From assembly GCA_002633005.1 (NCBI GenBank), contig NMRA01000312.1, positions 205,850 through 269,849 on the forward strand: a stretch of DNA of 64,000 nt, written 5' to 3'. Of the stretch, positions 52,933 to 64,000 are shown piece by piece. A model generated the notes under the pieces. The model saw only the letters and a list, made by a program, of their open reading frames with translations. It was not told the origin of the DNA and searched no databases. The stretch's first letter is position 1; each line of letters opens with the position of its first letter. This DNA is from Phoronis australis (Eukaryota; Animalia; Phoronida). A program made the translations under genes and the position numbers.

Positions 52933-54723
52933 ATGATAAAGCTGTTATTTCTCAAGTTCATAGAATCAAAGATGAGAACCGAAAGAAGGCATTCACGTGT
53001 TCCAATTTATAATAGACATGGCTATGTGTACGCCGATACCTCACTTCTGTTCACTCCGACCCTTTATCCCTCTAAAGCCTTGCGGGATCAGATTTCAACC
53101 GTAGAACCTCGAGTCATTCTTCCGGTATCGTTGTTTACGCTGGGTTTCTTGGTGATGATAACGTCCATATCATATTTGTTTGTTCTTCATTTTGGCGATG
53201 ATACAGCGACGCTGATGGGGCGACATTTGGGAGTTGTACCAACATTTGGAAATATTGGATTCTACGTGTACATCAGTATGGGGACATGGGCAGGAATGTG
53301 TCCTCTCGTGATAGGACTACGTTCTCTCTTCTTGTGGAATGAGCCTTGTTGTGCAAATCGCTACCTGTATCATAGATACAGAAATATCTACTCATTATTT
53401 GTTCTGAATATTGTAGCTATTTTTATGGCCCTGATATTAATGGCCAGATGTGCTATAAGTCTACTCGTCACGGCTCCTATGAACTGTGCTTCAAGAAACT
53501 TTGAAATTTTGCTATCATTTGCGTGGATATCGTTGTTGTATCCAATGTTAGAGGCTGCTTACGTTAACCAGAAGCTTGTCACAATCTTCCGTAAGATGAT
53601 TGTACATTCTTCAACGGGTATCTACCGCACAGCAAGTAATCCTAATCAACGAGGTTTAGAACTGGGCTGGTATCCCCGGCAATACGAGAGTCTTTCTCGT
53701 CAGACTCAGAAGGACGGCATTGAGAATGAGGGCATAATCTTAGAGGAAGATTGGCCCACAAACACACCATACCCTGTATCACCAGGTAGGCAGTCACATG
53801 GCTCCGTAGACAGTTCACAAAGTCCGCTTGCAAAGAGCTACATGCAACAAGCTTCTGTGTCCGCCGAGAAAAAATTCATGCCAGTGTCTCTTTCAGGAAG
53901 CGTGGATTATAAACCAGTGTCCAGCGACAGATACTCTACCACACCGATCTTTCGCAATGCACATGAAAGCTCCGCAGATGAGTTTTCAGGTCGTTTTCAA
54001 GCGCTTGTAACCAGCCCAGAAAGTGTTCATTCTGGAAACACTGATGAGCACAGAATGACGGGCTCCACTCTAGACAGATCAGGGCTTAGTAGTCGGAGGA
54101 CATCCGAGAAAATTTCAACGCCAGAAAGTAAGACTCTTAATTTAGGGCTAATATACCATGATCAACGAGATACAACTTCATCAATTCAACCGAGAGGTGG
54201 TGACTCAGAAGTTGTCGATTTCAGCATAAACCAACATTCCCCAACGACACATGAGAAACAGCAAGTGATGAGAACCGAAAACGACCTGGAGGATGGAGGT
54301 ATGACTTTCAATATACCTGTCGACAACTTGAGTGAAGTTACGGGTACTTCCGACTGGATAGAGACATCGGATGATATCAAACCACTGCCAACCAAAATAT
54401 CAAAGAAATTAAATAAGAAGAGTCAACAAGAACTAACGAGCCAGCGGACCCCATCTCAAGAGTCAGTAGGGGGCGTGGTCAACAACATGGCCACGTCACT
54501 ATGGGGATATTTTAATAACAGTTCCAGACCATCGCAATCACGAAATATGAGCAATGCAAATGCCAATCCTTGTATAACCAGCGAAGATAGCATCACGTCA
54601 TTAGAAAGTATCGTATCGTCCCGTAAAACTATTTATAGTAGCGATAACACATTTTTGCCCGGTACACAGTACTTGATAACTGGCAAAAAAGTCCTCATTG
54701 CAAAAGGTGCAACAAAAAGTTGA
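52933..54723 (+). CDS. Intronless ORF: uncharacterised ~4-TM membrane protein (possibly MS4A/CD20-like) with a long Ser/Thr-rich cytoplasmic tail; may start at Met14 (52972)
   Basis: 596-codon stop-free frame in AT-rich DNA. Hydrophobic segments VILPVSLFTLGFLVMITSISYLFVL, IGFYVYISMGTWAGMCPLVIGL, IYSLFVLNIVAIFMALILMARCAISLLV and FEILLSFAWISLLYPML. AATAAA lies ~100 nt after the stop. Confidence 0.8.
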   Translation: MIKLLFLKFIESKMRTERRHSRVPIYNRHGYVYADTSLLFTPTLYPSKALRDQISTVEPRVILPVSLFTLGFLVMITSISYLFVLHFGDDTATLMGRHLGVVPTFGNIGFYVYISMGTWAGMCPLVIGLRSLFLWNEPCCANRYLYHRYRNIYSLFVLNIVAIFMALILMARCAISLLVTAPMNCASRNFEILLSFAWISLLYPMLEAAYVNQKLVTIFRKMIVHSSTGIYRTASNPNQRGLELGWYPRQYESLSRQTQKDGIENEGIILEEDWPTNTPYPVSPGRQSHGSVDSSQSPLAKSYMQQASVSAEKKFMPVSLSGSVDYKPVSSDRYSTTPIFRNAHESSADEFSGRFQALVTSPESVHSGNTDEHRMTGSTLDRSGLSSRRTSEKISTPESKTLNLGLIYHDQRDTTSSIQPRGGDSEVVDFSINQHSPTTHEKQQVMRTENDLEDGGMTFNIPVDNLSEVTGTSDWIETSDDIKPLPTKISKKLNKKSQQELTSQRTPSQESVGGVVNNMATSLWGYFNNSSRPSQSRNMSNANANPCITSEDSITSLESIVSSRKTIYSSDNTFLPGTQYLITGKKVLIAKGATKS

Positions 54724-55711
54724 TTACATTACACGTGAAATTGTATAAATTGATAAACAAATCTTACCAACGTACATTGCTATTGTATAAATAATTGTAC
54801 AAATCACACGAATGCACCTGGTAATAAACAACCCATGCAGAACTTAATTCTTCCAATTCCCATTGCGCAGAAGACTGCGATACACTTTTCCCAGTGTACC
54901 ATCTCAAGAGGGATGACTGCAACAGTACATGACGTATCGACTCTCATGGCGTACTGTATGTGGGCATTGTTGCGCATGCCCTAGTTTATAACTCTGCTAA
55001 ACCAATGGTCTGGCAAATAATGAGCCGCAAAAGTATGAAATGTATGGTTTTAGTCCTTCGTTGGTGTTGCAACAGACGCAAGTCACGCAGATATTTCTCA
55101 GTTTCTAGGCAATGGCAACATATTACTTCGTACTGTTGACCAACAGTCATGTGACAATGGTGCACTTATTCACTCATCTCGAACCCAGACTCTACTTAAC
55201 ATTTCCCTGTGGAGAAGATCTCGAAAACATGGCTATCTTTACGTTTTTAATATTGTTCATGTGACTGCAACATAACTGCACAGTTGTACTGTAACCAAAA
55301 CAAGATTTTCTAATCGAGTGACCAAAGGAGCAGTGCACATAGTAATCACACCATTTATCGTCTGGATTGTGACTTAAAGGCGAAGGCAACCTTTTTCCAT
55401 GTCATTTTGAGCTAAAATAAGGTTCGTTGGTTATCCTAGACATATTTTCCACTTACTTACAGCTTTTCGTAATTTTATAGATTACTCGTCCGCTACTCCG
55501 GAAGTGACGTTTTAGGAGGCAAGCGTTTCCCGCCACTTGGTTTTGCGTTGACTTTACCGTTCGAATCTGTTCTATTCCACTTTTGTTTTGTGCTGTTTTT
55601 CAACAATTGTCGCCACCACTTTCCATCGGCGAGTATTCTGCGGCAGGATAGGTTAGTAGAGAACTCAACTACGTTGGATTTAGGGATTGTTTAGTGTGTT
55701 GTAAGCTGAAA

Positions 55712-55918
55712 ATGGCTGGAGTCGGTGACCCGTATCACAGTGACAGTAGTGTGAGTGACGGAAACCTTTTTCACAGCAGTGGTGACGAGGAATTTTTTCA
55801 CGGACATTCAGTGGGTGGGTACATGTTTGAGCCAGAGTATAACGAGGCAGAGTACGCACAGGCACAGGCAGCTGTTGAGAGAAACGAGGCGGCTACTCAG
55901 AGGACAGACGTGGTGACA
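55712..55918 (+). pseudogene. KolX accessory protein, N-terminal remnant
   Basis: MAGVGDPYHSDSS...GGYMFEPEYNEAEY: an acidic N-terminus with a YMFEPE motif typical of KolX/P2X7-tail-like proteins. It lies opposite the transposase and is truncated before the Cys-rich region. Confidence 0.65.
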
Positions 55919-55919
55919 C

Positions 55920-56661
55920 ATGGACCTTCGGCATACCACGGACAGAGGAACAACTGTCCCACTTGCCAGAGTGTCCTGCGACACACTCCGACTGGATGGT
56001 GACCTGGGCACCCAAACTGCTTACATCGTGTCGTGTGACTCTCTCGCCACACACCTGGTACTTTCTAAATAGCTCCAACACTTTAGACAAGTCCACAATA
56101 AACTTATCAAAGTTTGGCTCACCAATCTGTTCACTGGACGACGAACTGTCCTCTTCACTGGGTGTCGAACTGAGCCTGTAATCACTCCCACTACTTAATA
56201 TCGCTGCAGGGCTGCTTAGAGGCTCTGTGCTGGAGAAAACAGCACAGAGCGAATCACTACTGGTTCCAGGAATTGCACGCTCTGGGGGTACGTTCGGAGA
56301 CACGGGTGACAGTAGATGAAGTGCCTCCACTGGCTCCAGTCACTGTACTGGCCACAGGTCGCGAGGCTTCTCGCTTCAAATACGCACTTCTCGAGGGTGG
56401 CGACGGGGCACTGCCGGGAATCAACACAGACGGAATGACAACCTTCTTCAGACGTTGTTTCGCAGGGACCTTCATAAGTTCAGCGAACAACGGTAGTTCT
56501 CCACTGCTTTGTACGTTGCGTGGACGGGTAACGCTGCGTTCTTCACACGAACGAGCCAAGTACGGCGAAGTGTGTCATCCATCGGAGAGCGATGCAAAGG
56601 TACCCAAAGCGCGCGTGAGCCGATAATTAGTATATCCTGGTACGCAGCAACAGTGTGGCAT
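55920..56661 (-). pseudogene. Kolobok transposase N-terminal remnant (THAP domain plus pre-DDE Zn motif), frameshifted
   Basis: MPHCCCVPGYTN / VPLHRSPMDDTLRRTWLVRVK / RLKKVVIPSV...RSAYLKRE / KFIVDLSKVLELFRKYQVCG...GAQVTIQSECVAGHSGKWDS...GMP, read across several frames. Confidence 0.85.
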
Positions 56662-57036
56662 ATTGACTGACTAGTAAATGAAAGCAAACGACGACGGAAC
56701 TTAACACAACCGAGGTAGAACAATGACTAACTCGGCAGCTCTCACAGTCAGACTATATGAAAAGAAATTGGCGCGAAATGCTTGCCTCCTAAAACGTCAC
56801 TTCCGGAAGAGCGGACGAGTAATTAAAAAAAATTACGAAAAGCTGTAATTAAGTGGAAAATATGTCTAGGATAACCAACCAACCTTATTTTAGCTCAAAA
56901 TGACATGGAAAAAGGTTGCCTTCGCCTTTAAGTCATATACCTAATTGGTTTTAAAAGCAAACGCACAATTTTGGGGTAATATTTCCATAGACCATACACT
57001 TCCTGGGGTTAATAGCTCTTAGTAGATTTATGTAAC

Positions 57037-57177
57037 CATGGGCGGCGCACCATAGGGGGCTGGCTATTGCCCCACCACTTTTTTCAGTGCTACACCGCCC
57101 ATGGTCTGTGGTCGCTGCACCACAGGTGGGGGGACTGGAACCTATAGCCCCCACTCTTTAGTGCTGCGCCGCCCATG
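57037..57177 (+). mobile_element. CATGGGCGGCGC MITE with 5-bp TSD GTAAC
   Basis: GTAAC|catgggcggcgcac ... gctgcgccgcccatg|GTAAC, with an internal dimer. Confidence 0.85.
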
Positions 57178-59998
57178 GTAACAGCATAATTCCTTGTCTT
57201 TTTTGTGATTTTGCTAGACGTCGCCGATTCCCCATCGTTGGTTTCAAGCTAATTCGTTGCTACTCGTCGTAGACTGAAATCTAGGTGCCAACAGGTGGCG
57301 ATTTAATAGACCGTTTGTTGTGCAGTGAAAAGTGCCCGGTGTAAAAAGCTACTCTCGTGAGTGTATGTGAGAAGGTGGGGGAAGCTCAGGGAGGGCTATG
57401 GCAGATGACTTGAAAGTGCGCTCACAGTCAGTTACTTGTCGCTGGAGGTCAAAAGTCACATTTTCCACATAAGGGAAATGTGCTATGTCTTGCCATACCA
57501 AATAAGGAGACGACGCGCTTTGCCTTGTGGGAGAAAAATCGACGAATTGGCGAGCACTTGACAGATCGTATTCTTTGAAATTTGAAACTAAAAGAAAATG
57601 CTTTGATATGAACAGAAATCAAAACTCTTTACGAACAAACCATAAAAATGCCAGGTGAGCAGGTTGAATTCTGTTTCAGTGGTAAAGAACCACTTTCAAT
57701 ATTGCAATTTAGTCTATTTATCGCGTTCCAGGTCTCTTTAAAAATACATACTTGCCAGGCACCACACGTAAATCATATTTTTATATCCAGTTGGCATCCA
57801 TGTTTCTATGGTCAGTTAATTCAACGAAATCAATTTGCAGCCAGAAGCATGATATAGATTTGCATAGTTAGATCGCGGCTATTCAAACTGCGTCGCCAGT
57901 GAATTTAATAAAACCAGTTTACAGCTCATTACATCATAAATTTGCATAACTTATAAATCATGTAAATATAGGTCGATATTTAGTTCCAATGCTTCCCCTG
58001 CAATAACTACAGCTATTGATTGAAACAGTTGCAAACAAGTAGTACCCCTAGGGCATAAGTTTAGCATGTTACGATCTTTATTTGCGTAAATTATGGAAAA
58101 TTACCAGGCAACAACTGATTGCACTGAATTAATTGGCCGCAGTAGAATGGGTGTAAGCGTCAATATAATTTACCTGTAGAGTATGATACCGCGGCTATAA
58201 GCACGAGTAGAATTTCCAAGAACGATTGCCTTCGTTTGCATAATTTATGGAAATTCTTGATGTATCTACCTCCAGAATAGGTCCATTAAACTCACTGACC
58301 ATATAAACATAGGTTAAAACATCAAAATAATCTATCTGATATATCTCTAATGCTTGGTAAGGAAGTCATAAGCAAAAACTGAATGTTGCATAATAGCGGC
58401 GTTGTCAAGATTTCAACCTTGCTAAAAAGTTTCAGGGGTTTACTTAGACATGAAGCAACCAAAACACCTTATGCTATTAAAGATTTCTAGCAACACATTT
58501 CAGGCTACTGTCGAGCACGTAAAGATTTTGCGGGTTATCCTATAAAAGACAGTGATGTTTTAAACCGTGTTAAAACGAAAGATTTAATATGTGCACATTG
58601 AATAACTGATAATTTTACTCTAGACTTTTTTTATTGCACGTAAGTGTAAATTTTAAGCCGTTAGGGTAACTTTGAGACATAAATATTGTAGTCTGATAGC
58701 GAACCTCAGCTGCTGCAGCTTAACTTACATAAAAATGTTGATGATATGGTTAGAATGACAGATATGTTACACCGAAAAGGCACAAGAACGCAGTTCCTTG
58801 CAAAGTAGACCATTAAATGACAATTGTTGTTCGTGACGATAAAGATGGACGATGAAGATGGCGATGATAATAACGATGAGTATGCGGAAGAAGTGTTAAA
58901 ATAATGAACAAAGTTCACGGCGATATGGGTACGTATGACCTAATGAGCTTCGAGTTGAATGCTCCTCGATACATTTCACTACTCGACATATGTATACGTC
59001 ATGGACTAGATCGAAAGTCATATTGACTAGAATGTCTTTTGCTGTTCTCCCTCTGCGACTTGCTTTTCACAAAGCGGTTGTACGTCATAGCGCGGTGGTG
59101 TTCCCAAAGGACATTTGCTTCTAAACTGGCCTGTAACTCTTCATCCGACGGATAGGGAATCTCCTGAAAACATGAAGTAAGAATGAAAACACCTTTTAAA
59201 TTGAATCTTGAAATGTTTTAACCCGATATTTAAGGCTAAAGGAAGCCATTAACTTTACTTCAGGCTAAGCGAAAAAGTAATCCATGAACAGTTTTACATC
59301 TACCACGCGTGTAGCTTACCGTTCGTCTGACATGTCGTAAGACCTCTTCGTCTGCATGTTGTAGAAAAAATTTTTTCGACAATAGAAAGCAATCTGCACC
59401 ATTGCTAACCAAACTCATGCTGGGCTGATTTTGGAAGACAAGGTCTGCTACCCCCTGAAAAGAATAAGATTCGGGAAATAATTATTCTAAATTTCATTAT
59501 TTCGAGGGCTAACGGTGTGATATAACGTGCCAGAATTTTGCGAACCGGTTTTCTCCACTGAATAACGAGCATCTAACTGGTTCTCAAAATACGGGCACGT
59601 TATTTCAGACTAGGGCCGTTTCGACGAGCACGTGACGACACACGAAGACGTTAATAGACAACGGTAATATATCAACAAAAACGCAGAAAGCTACTTACAA
59701 AATACTGTCCTTTTTCCAGAATCTGCGTACATATAAATGTAGGTTTCAGATCTGCTTCTGTCAGCGAGACAGAACCGTGTTGATTTGATTCCAGAACATC
59801 TGTGATGGTGAGGCGACCTTCGAGACCAGCTAAAACAAGAAAATATATAGATTTTTGTGAATATTTGTTATGAACTAGTCAGTACAATATACAGACTCAG
59901 AAACCGCCAAGATGCATTGTATCTGAGCTAAACAGTACAATAAAAAGAAATCTACATAAAATTATAGACAAATACATAAATAAATAAACTGATGTTAA

Positions 59999-61793
59999 AG
60001 TCTTTCTTGCAAATTGCCCATGTGGTTCCAGTATCCGAAAATACTTACTACATAAATTCTTATTTTCGACACCCTTTCTTTATATTCTTTTCGCCTTTCT
60101 TGCCAAAAGCGATTTTTTAACAGTATTTGACTCTTCTCTCTGAGCGTATGATTAGCGGTTGTCATCGGTTATTTCCGTACCCACATTTCCGGCTCATCAG
60201 TTCAGGAACTTGTCCTGAACGCCGCCATTTTTTCCTTGTAACTGAATGTGCTATGGCTTGCTCGAAAAGTCTTCATTATTTTGTTTTGTTAGTAATATAT
60301 CGTGATTCGTTTGCATATGTAGTGTATTTATAGTTTGTAGTTAGTGGTCGTTGTTTTTTTGGAATGTTACGCGTACTTAGTAATTTAAAATAGCATTGGT
60401 GTTTAGTTCCTTACGTAGCCGGGTCGGTTATATTTTTTTCCTCGTTTTGAAAAAGTACTTTGCTATCATCGGAATGGTAGTACATTCTACTAAGTAAAAA
60501 TCGAAAAAGTATCAAAATCGGGGCAAGCACTGTAAAGTTACTGCAAGTTTTGTGGCGAAATTTGGGTCACTGTTTGGATCGCGTCGGCCATATTGGAGGA
60601 CAGCGGGATGAGTTACATGTACGAGTTTAAAATTTTGTGTAAATTGTTTTCGCCAACAAATTACGGTGAAATTTAGTTAGACATATCTTTACTTACTATT
60701 CTGCACGATTTAGCAGTGTTCACCAAATTTCAGCCTCGCAGTTCTTACTCATTAAGTGATAAATGTGCTCACAATTCCCGTTGGACTTCGTCTCATTTCT
60801 GGCGGCACCTACAATGTCGACTTTTGCTGAACTGAAAGGCATGTTCAATCGGCTATTTTGTAATTTGTGAAGATTTAACGTTGATACATTTTGACAAACG
60901 TTGCTACAAAAAAGAAACTTTGTTCAATTTTCGTGTTTTTTGTGTTTGTGGCCAGCGACCAGTTAGGCCTAAGGGTAGTCTTGGCGCAAAGCTGCCTCCC
61001 GTTCAGTAACGCTAGGACCTCGCTAAAAAGCAAGACTTCGCGAGAATACGTGAGATTTCGCCGTGTATTTTGAATAAGAACACGTGACTTTGACTAGGTT
61101 TTAGCTAGGTCCTAGCGTAGGTCCTAGCGTCTACTGAACGCACGCCTGTATAGGCCTACTAACAAGCTGTATTTTGACTATAGTCTTCACTGGTTGCTGG
61201 TGACTGAGGCTAACTAAGGTCTGCCGCGGCAGTGTTACACAGGACTAACCAGCCCGTAATTTCATGCAAGTATCTGAAACTACCCTTGAATATATGCAGC
61301 ATTTATCATTTGACCATTTTACTTCGACAAAACAGCTTGCAACCGCATGCATTTACCGTTCGCCAGTGTCTGGTCTCGATCCGCACCGGGTCCGATAGGC
61401 TGCGGTCCCGAGTCTGGCAAAATAATTTCTGTCAAAATTTATTCGCCACATTTCTTCAGCAAATTCCATAAAATTGTCCGTAGTTTGATTTTATCAAAAT
61501 TAAGGCGCGCTGTCGATTTTTTTATCCCCGTTTTCTGGCTGGTAACAGTACAGGCACTGCTCCAGTAGCACTGACGGCGTTTTCTCGGCCTGGGTTCCAG
61601 AATGAATTGTACTTCCGGGTTCGCGGGAAGTTCAAAATGGCGGTGTTTCTTCGGGTGCGAATCGTGAGTGGCGCGTTCATTTAAACTGTTTTCGAGTACG
61701 GATCGTGTATTAGTTATGGGGTAGGTACTTTTTGGATCCTTATAACACCTTCTAACCATGTAATAAGGGTTAACAACGCGTGAGAGAAGGACT
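59999..61793 (+). mobile_element. Non-autonomous Kolobok-like element, copy 2 (both ends present)
   Basis: TTAA (59995-59998)|agtctttcttgca ... tgagagaaggact|TTAA (61794-61797), a ~13-bp imperfect TIR. The first ~945 bp is the inverted homologue of 143-1113. Confidence 0.85.
60995..61148 (+). mobile_element. MITE family A copy nested in the Kolobok-like element
   Basis: cgttcagtaacgctaggacct ... ggtcctagcgtctactgaacg inverted ends; core as in 6286-6435. Confidence 0.75.
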
Positions 61794-62097
61794 TTAAGGT
61801 TACAAAGACATTTTTTAAATATAAATGTAATCAAATCATTTATATGCAAAATAAGTTATTTTACAGTGAAAATGATGATTCGAAAATAAACAAATGAATA
61901 CGATGTTGTCGCCTCACACTAAGAGATTTAATGTCAAAAAGAAATTTTGAAACTATTTCGAATAAAACCTTATTTTCGTTTAAGTCGAGTTTTCACATCC
62001 ATTTAGAAAATAATTGGTTTTGTTACATATGAGGAAGATCTGAATATTGTTTGTAAACATTGTGGCATTTTTCGAGTGGCTAGAAAAGCTGTACCCT

Positions 62098-64000
62098 CTA
62101 CTCCCCGCATACCGTACAAGCAAAGAAAACATGAGCATTTGTCTGAGTTACTCCACAAGAACACAGAGGGAACATATTAAAATTAAGTCTAACTTTCTCG
62201 TTGTTTAGGAATAGACCGCATCTTGATCTGTAAAGGATTATTTCATGGTTGCGAGGAAGTTGGAATGATGTCAGTGGGACTGCCAAGTCTTGAGTAGTGG
62301 TGTTAAGGTAGTGGCAGTTATTTTTTGAGAGAAACGATTGATGTGCTTTCTTTTATTTAGGATTGTAAGGAATTCCAGTTGTCAATGCAATTTGGTATCG
62401 TAGATCTGAAGATCTGTCTGAGTGAAGATGGTATAGTGTATAAATTACTTTGCAGCAATCCTGGTCGTGTTTTTTAAGTCTTTTGTTGGAGTCAACGAGG
62501 ATTTTGTTTGAATGTATACATGGACAGGTGGAGTTTACGACGGGTTGCTAGTTTGCTCCAGTTGAGACTATTTAGAACCTTGATTGTGTCGAATCCTTTA
62601 TATGCTCCTGTTATGGCTGAAGTTCCTTGGTATTGTAGTATTTCTAATTGAAGAAGTATGCCTGTGTTTGCTGAATGGTAGATTATGTCACAGTAATGTA
62701 GATGTGGAAGTACAAAAGACTTGAACATAGTTCCAAGATGCATGGAGTTGGGATGAAGAGAGACAATTCTAATTGGATTAATTATTTTTTGTACTTTATG
62801 AACGAGTTCGCGACAGTGAGGAGCGAATGTACGCTTATGGTCTAGTAGCAAGCCAAGATGAGTGTTTGTGTGTGTGCTTTTTGGGAATAACTTCCCTATT
62901 GAGTGATAGGTCCAGCATTGAATTTGTTTGGAAATTAGTGTTATTAACATTGTTTCAGGTTTAAATTTCATCTTCCATTTGCAAGACCAGTCATAGAGTT
63001 TGTCAGCTTGTAATTGTAAGGAGTCATGGGAATACTATTTTGAGAATGGGTAGAAAATTGCAGTGTCATCAGCATATAACAATGTTTTAGAGTTTATTGA
63101 GTGTGGAAGATCGTTGATGTAAAGTAAAAAGTGTAAGGGGTCAAATACGCTACTTGTGGTATTCAAACATTTACGAAACCTGGTGTTGATGAGGGTGAGA
63201 AGACATCCTCAATTCGGACTTTGTAAGTTCGGCATTCCACTGATATGGTTTTAAAAATAGGAGCAGGATGCCTGAGAAACCACAAGATAGTAATTTATGT
63301 AGAAGCAGATCATGGGGAACGCCATCAAAAGCTGACGCAATGTCTAAAAATACGGATCTCACGCTGTACCCTTGCTCAAACTGGAGGTGGATTTCATGTA
63401 CAATTTCTGTAAGTTGGGACACTGTGCTGTTACCACGCATGAATCCAAATTGGCGACGATAAATGAGGTTTTGTGACCAGAGGTGATCAAACATATGTTG
63501 AGAAATTTTATTTGTTACTAGATCGCTACCGTCGTTTTTGTTTTCGTCAATGTTTTCTAGTAGTTTTCGAATTTCAGATGGTTGGGCTTGTATGTCAGAG
63601 AGGTGTTGTAGTGTTCTGTTTCGGAATTCGGGAAAGTTTGTTGTTGGAGCAGTGTGACTCTTGGCGGTGAAGTACTCCAGAAATAGTTAACTTTTTCAAC
63701 TTTGGCTTCCTTTGAGTGGGTGGCGGGGTATGATGATTGATTTACCTGTCCCAATATTCCTTGGAATTTTTGGAGACATTTTTGATGTTGGAGATAAATT
63801 TCATCTCAGTCTTGTTTTGACTTTAATTAAAATTAGTTCTTCCACACTGTTGCACTGTTCTTGGTAACACTTAAAACGTGCACGGATTATTTGATTTTCT
63901 GAACAATTTGTGCACTTTGTTTTATTCATTTATTTCAGAATCAATTTTGTTGTTAAACCACGGTTTATTTTCATGGTTGATGAGATATTGTCATCAAGTA
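62098..64000 (-). mobile_element. Decayed non-LTR retrotransposon (CR1/L2-group-like), RT and C-terminal region; continues past the edge
   Basis: KPWFN (~63960), QFGFMRGNST..QL, VFLDIASAFDGVPH.LLLHKL, LYINDL, YADDT (63062-63076), HLG, FKSFVLPHLHYCDIIY and a terminal CSCG...HVFFAC motif. Multiple stops and frameshifts. Confidence 0.92.

Larger units (their letters stand above)
55378..56927. mobile_element. Internally deleted Kolobok DNA transposon
   Basis: TTAA|aggcgaaggcaacc ... ggttgccttcgcct|TTAA with ~158-bp near-perfect TIRs (55378-55535 and 56769-56927). It contains convergent THAP-transposase and KolX remnants. Confidence 0.92.

Overview
Animal (invertebrate, probably lophotrochozoan) genomic DNA: AT-rich, intron-containing and dense in DNA transposons, with one 40-N assembly gap. 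The main gene is a + strand Shaw/Kv3 voltage-gated K+ channel. It has a T1 exon (30368-30877), an S1-S6 exon (37690-38602) and a predicted run of phase-1 C-terminal exons ending at 48742. Downstream lies an intronless 596-codon ORF predicted to encode a four-pass membrane protein, possibly MS4A/CD20-like, with a long Ser-rich tail. The rest is transposon material: an internally deleted Kolobok element that keeps THAP-transposase and KolX stubs (55378-56927); two inverted copies of a second TTAA-flanked element that bracket the whole locus (1-1113 and 59999-61793); several MITE families with 5-bp target duplications; foldback elements; a dead ubiquitin-specific-protease fragment inside a transposon nest; minisatellites; and a decayed LINE at the right edge. 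No prokaryotic systems or CRISPR arrays are supported. All alignments were done by eye and no database searches were run.
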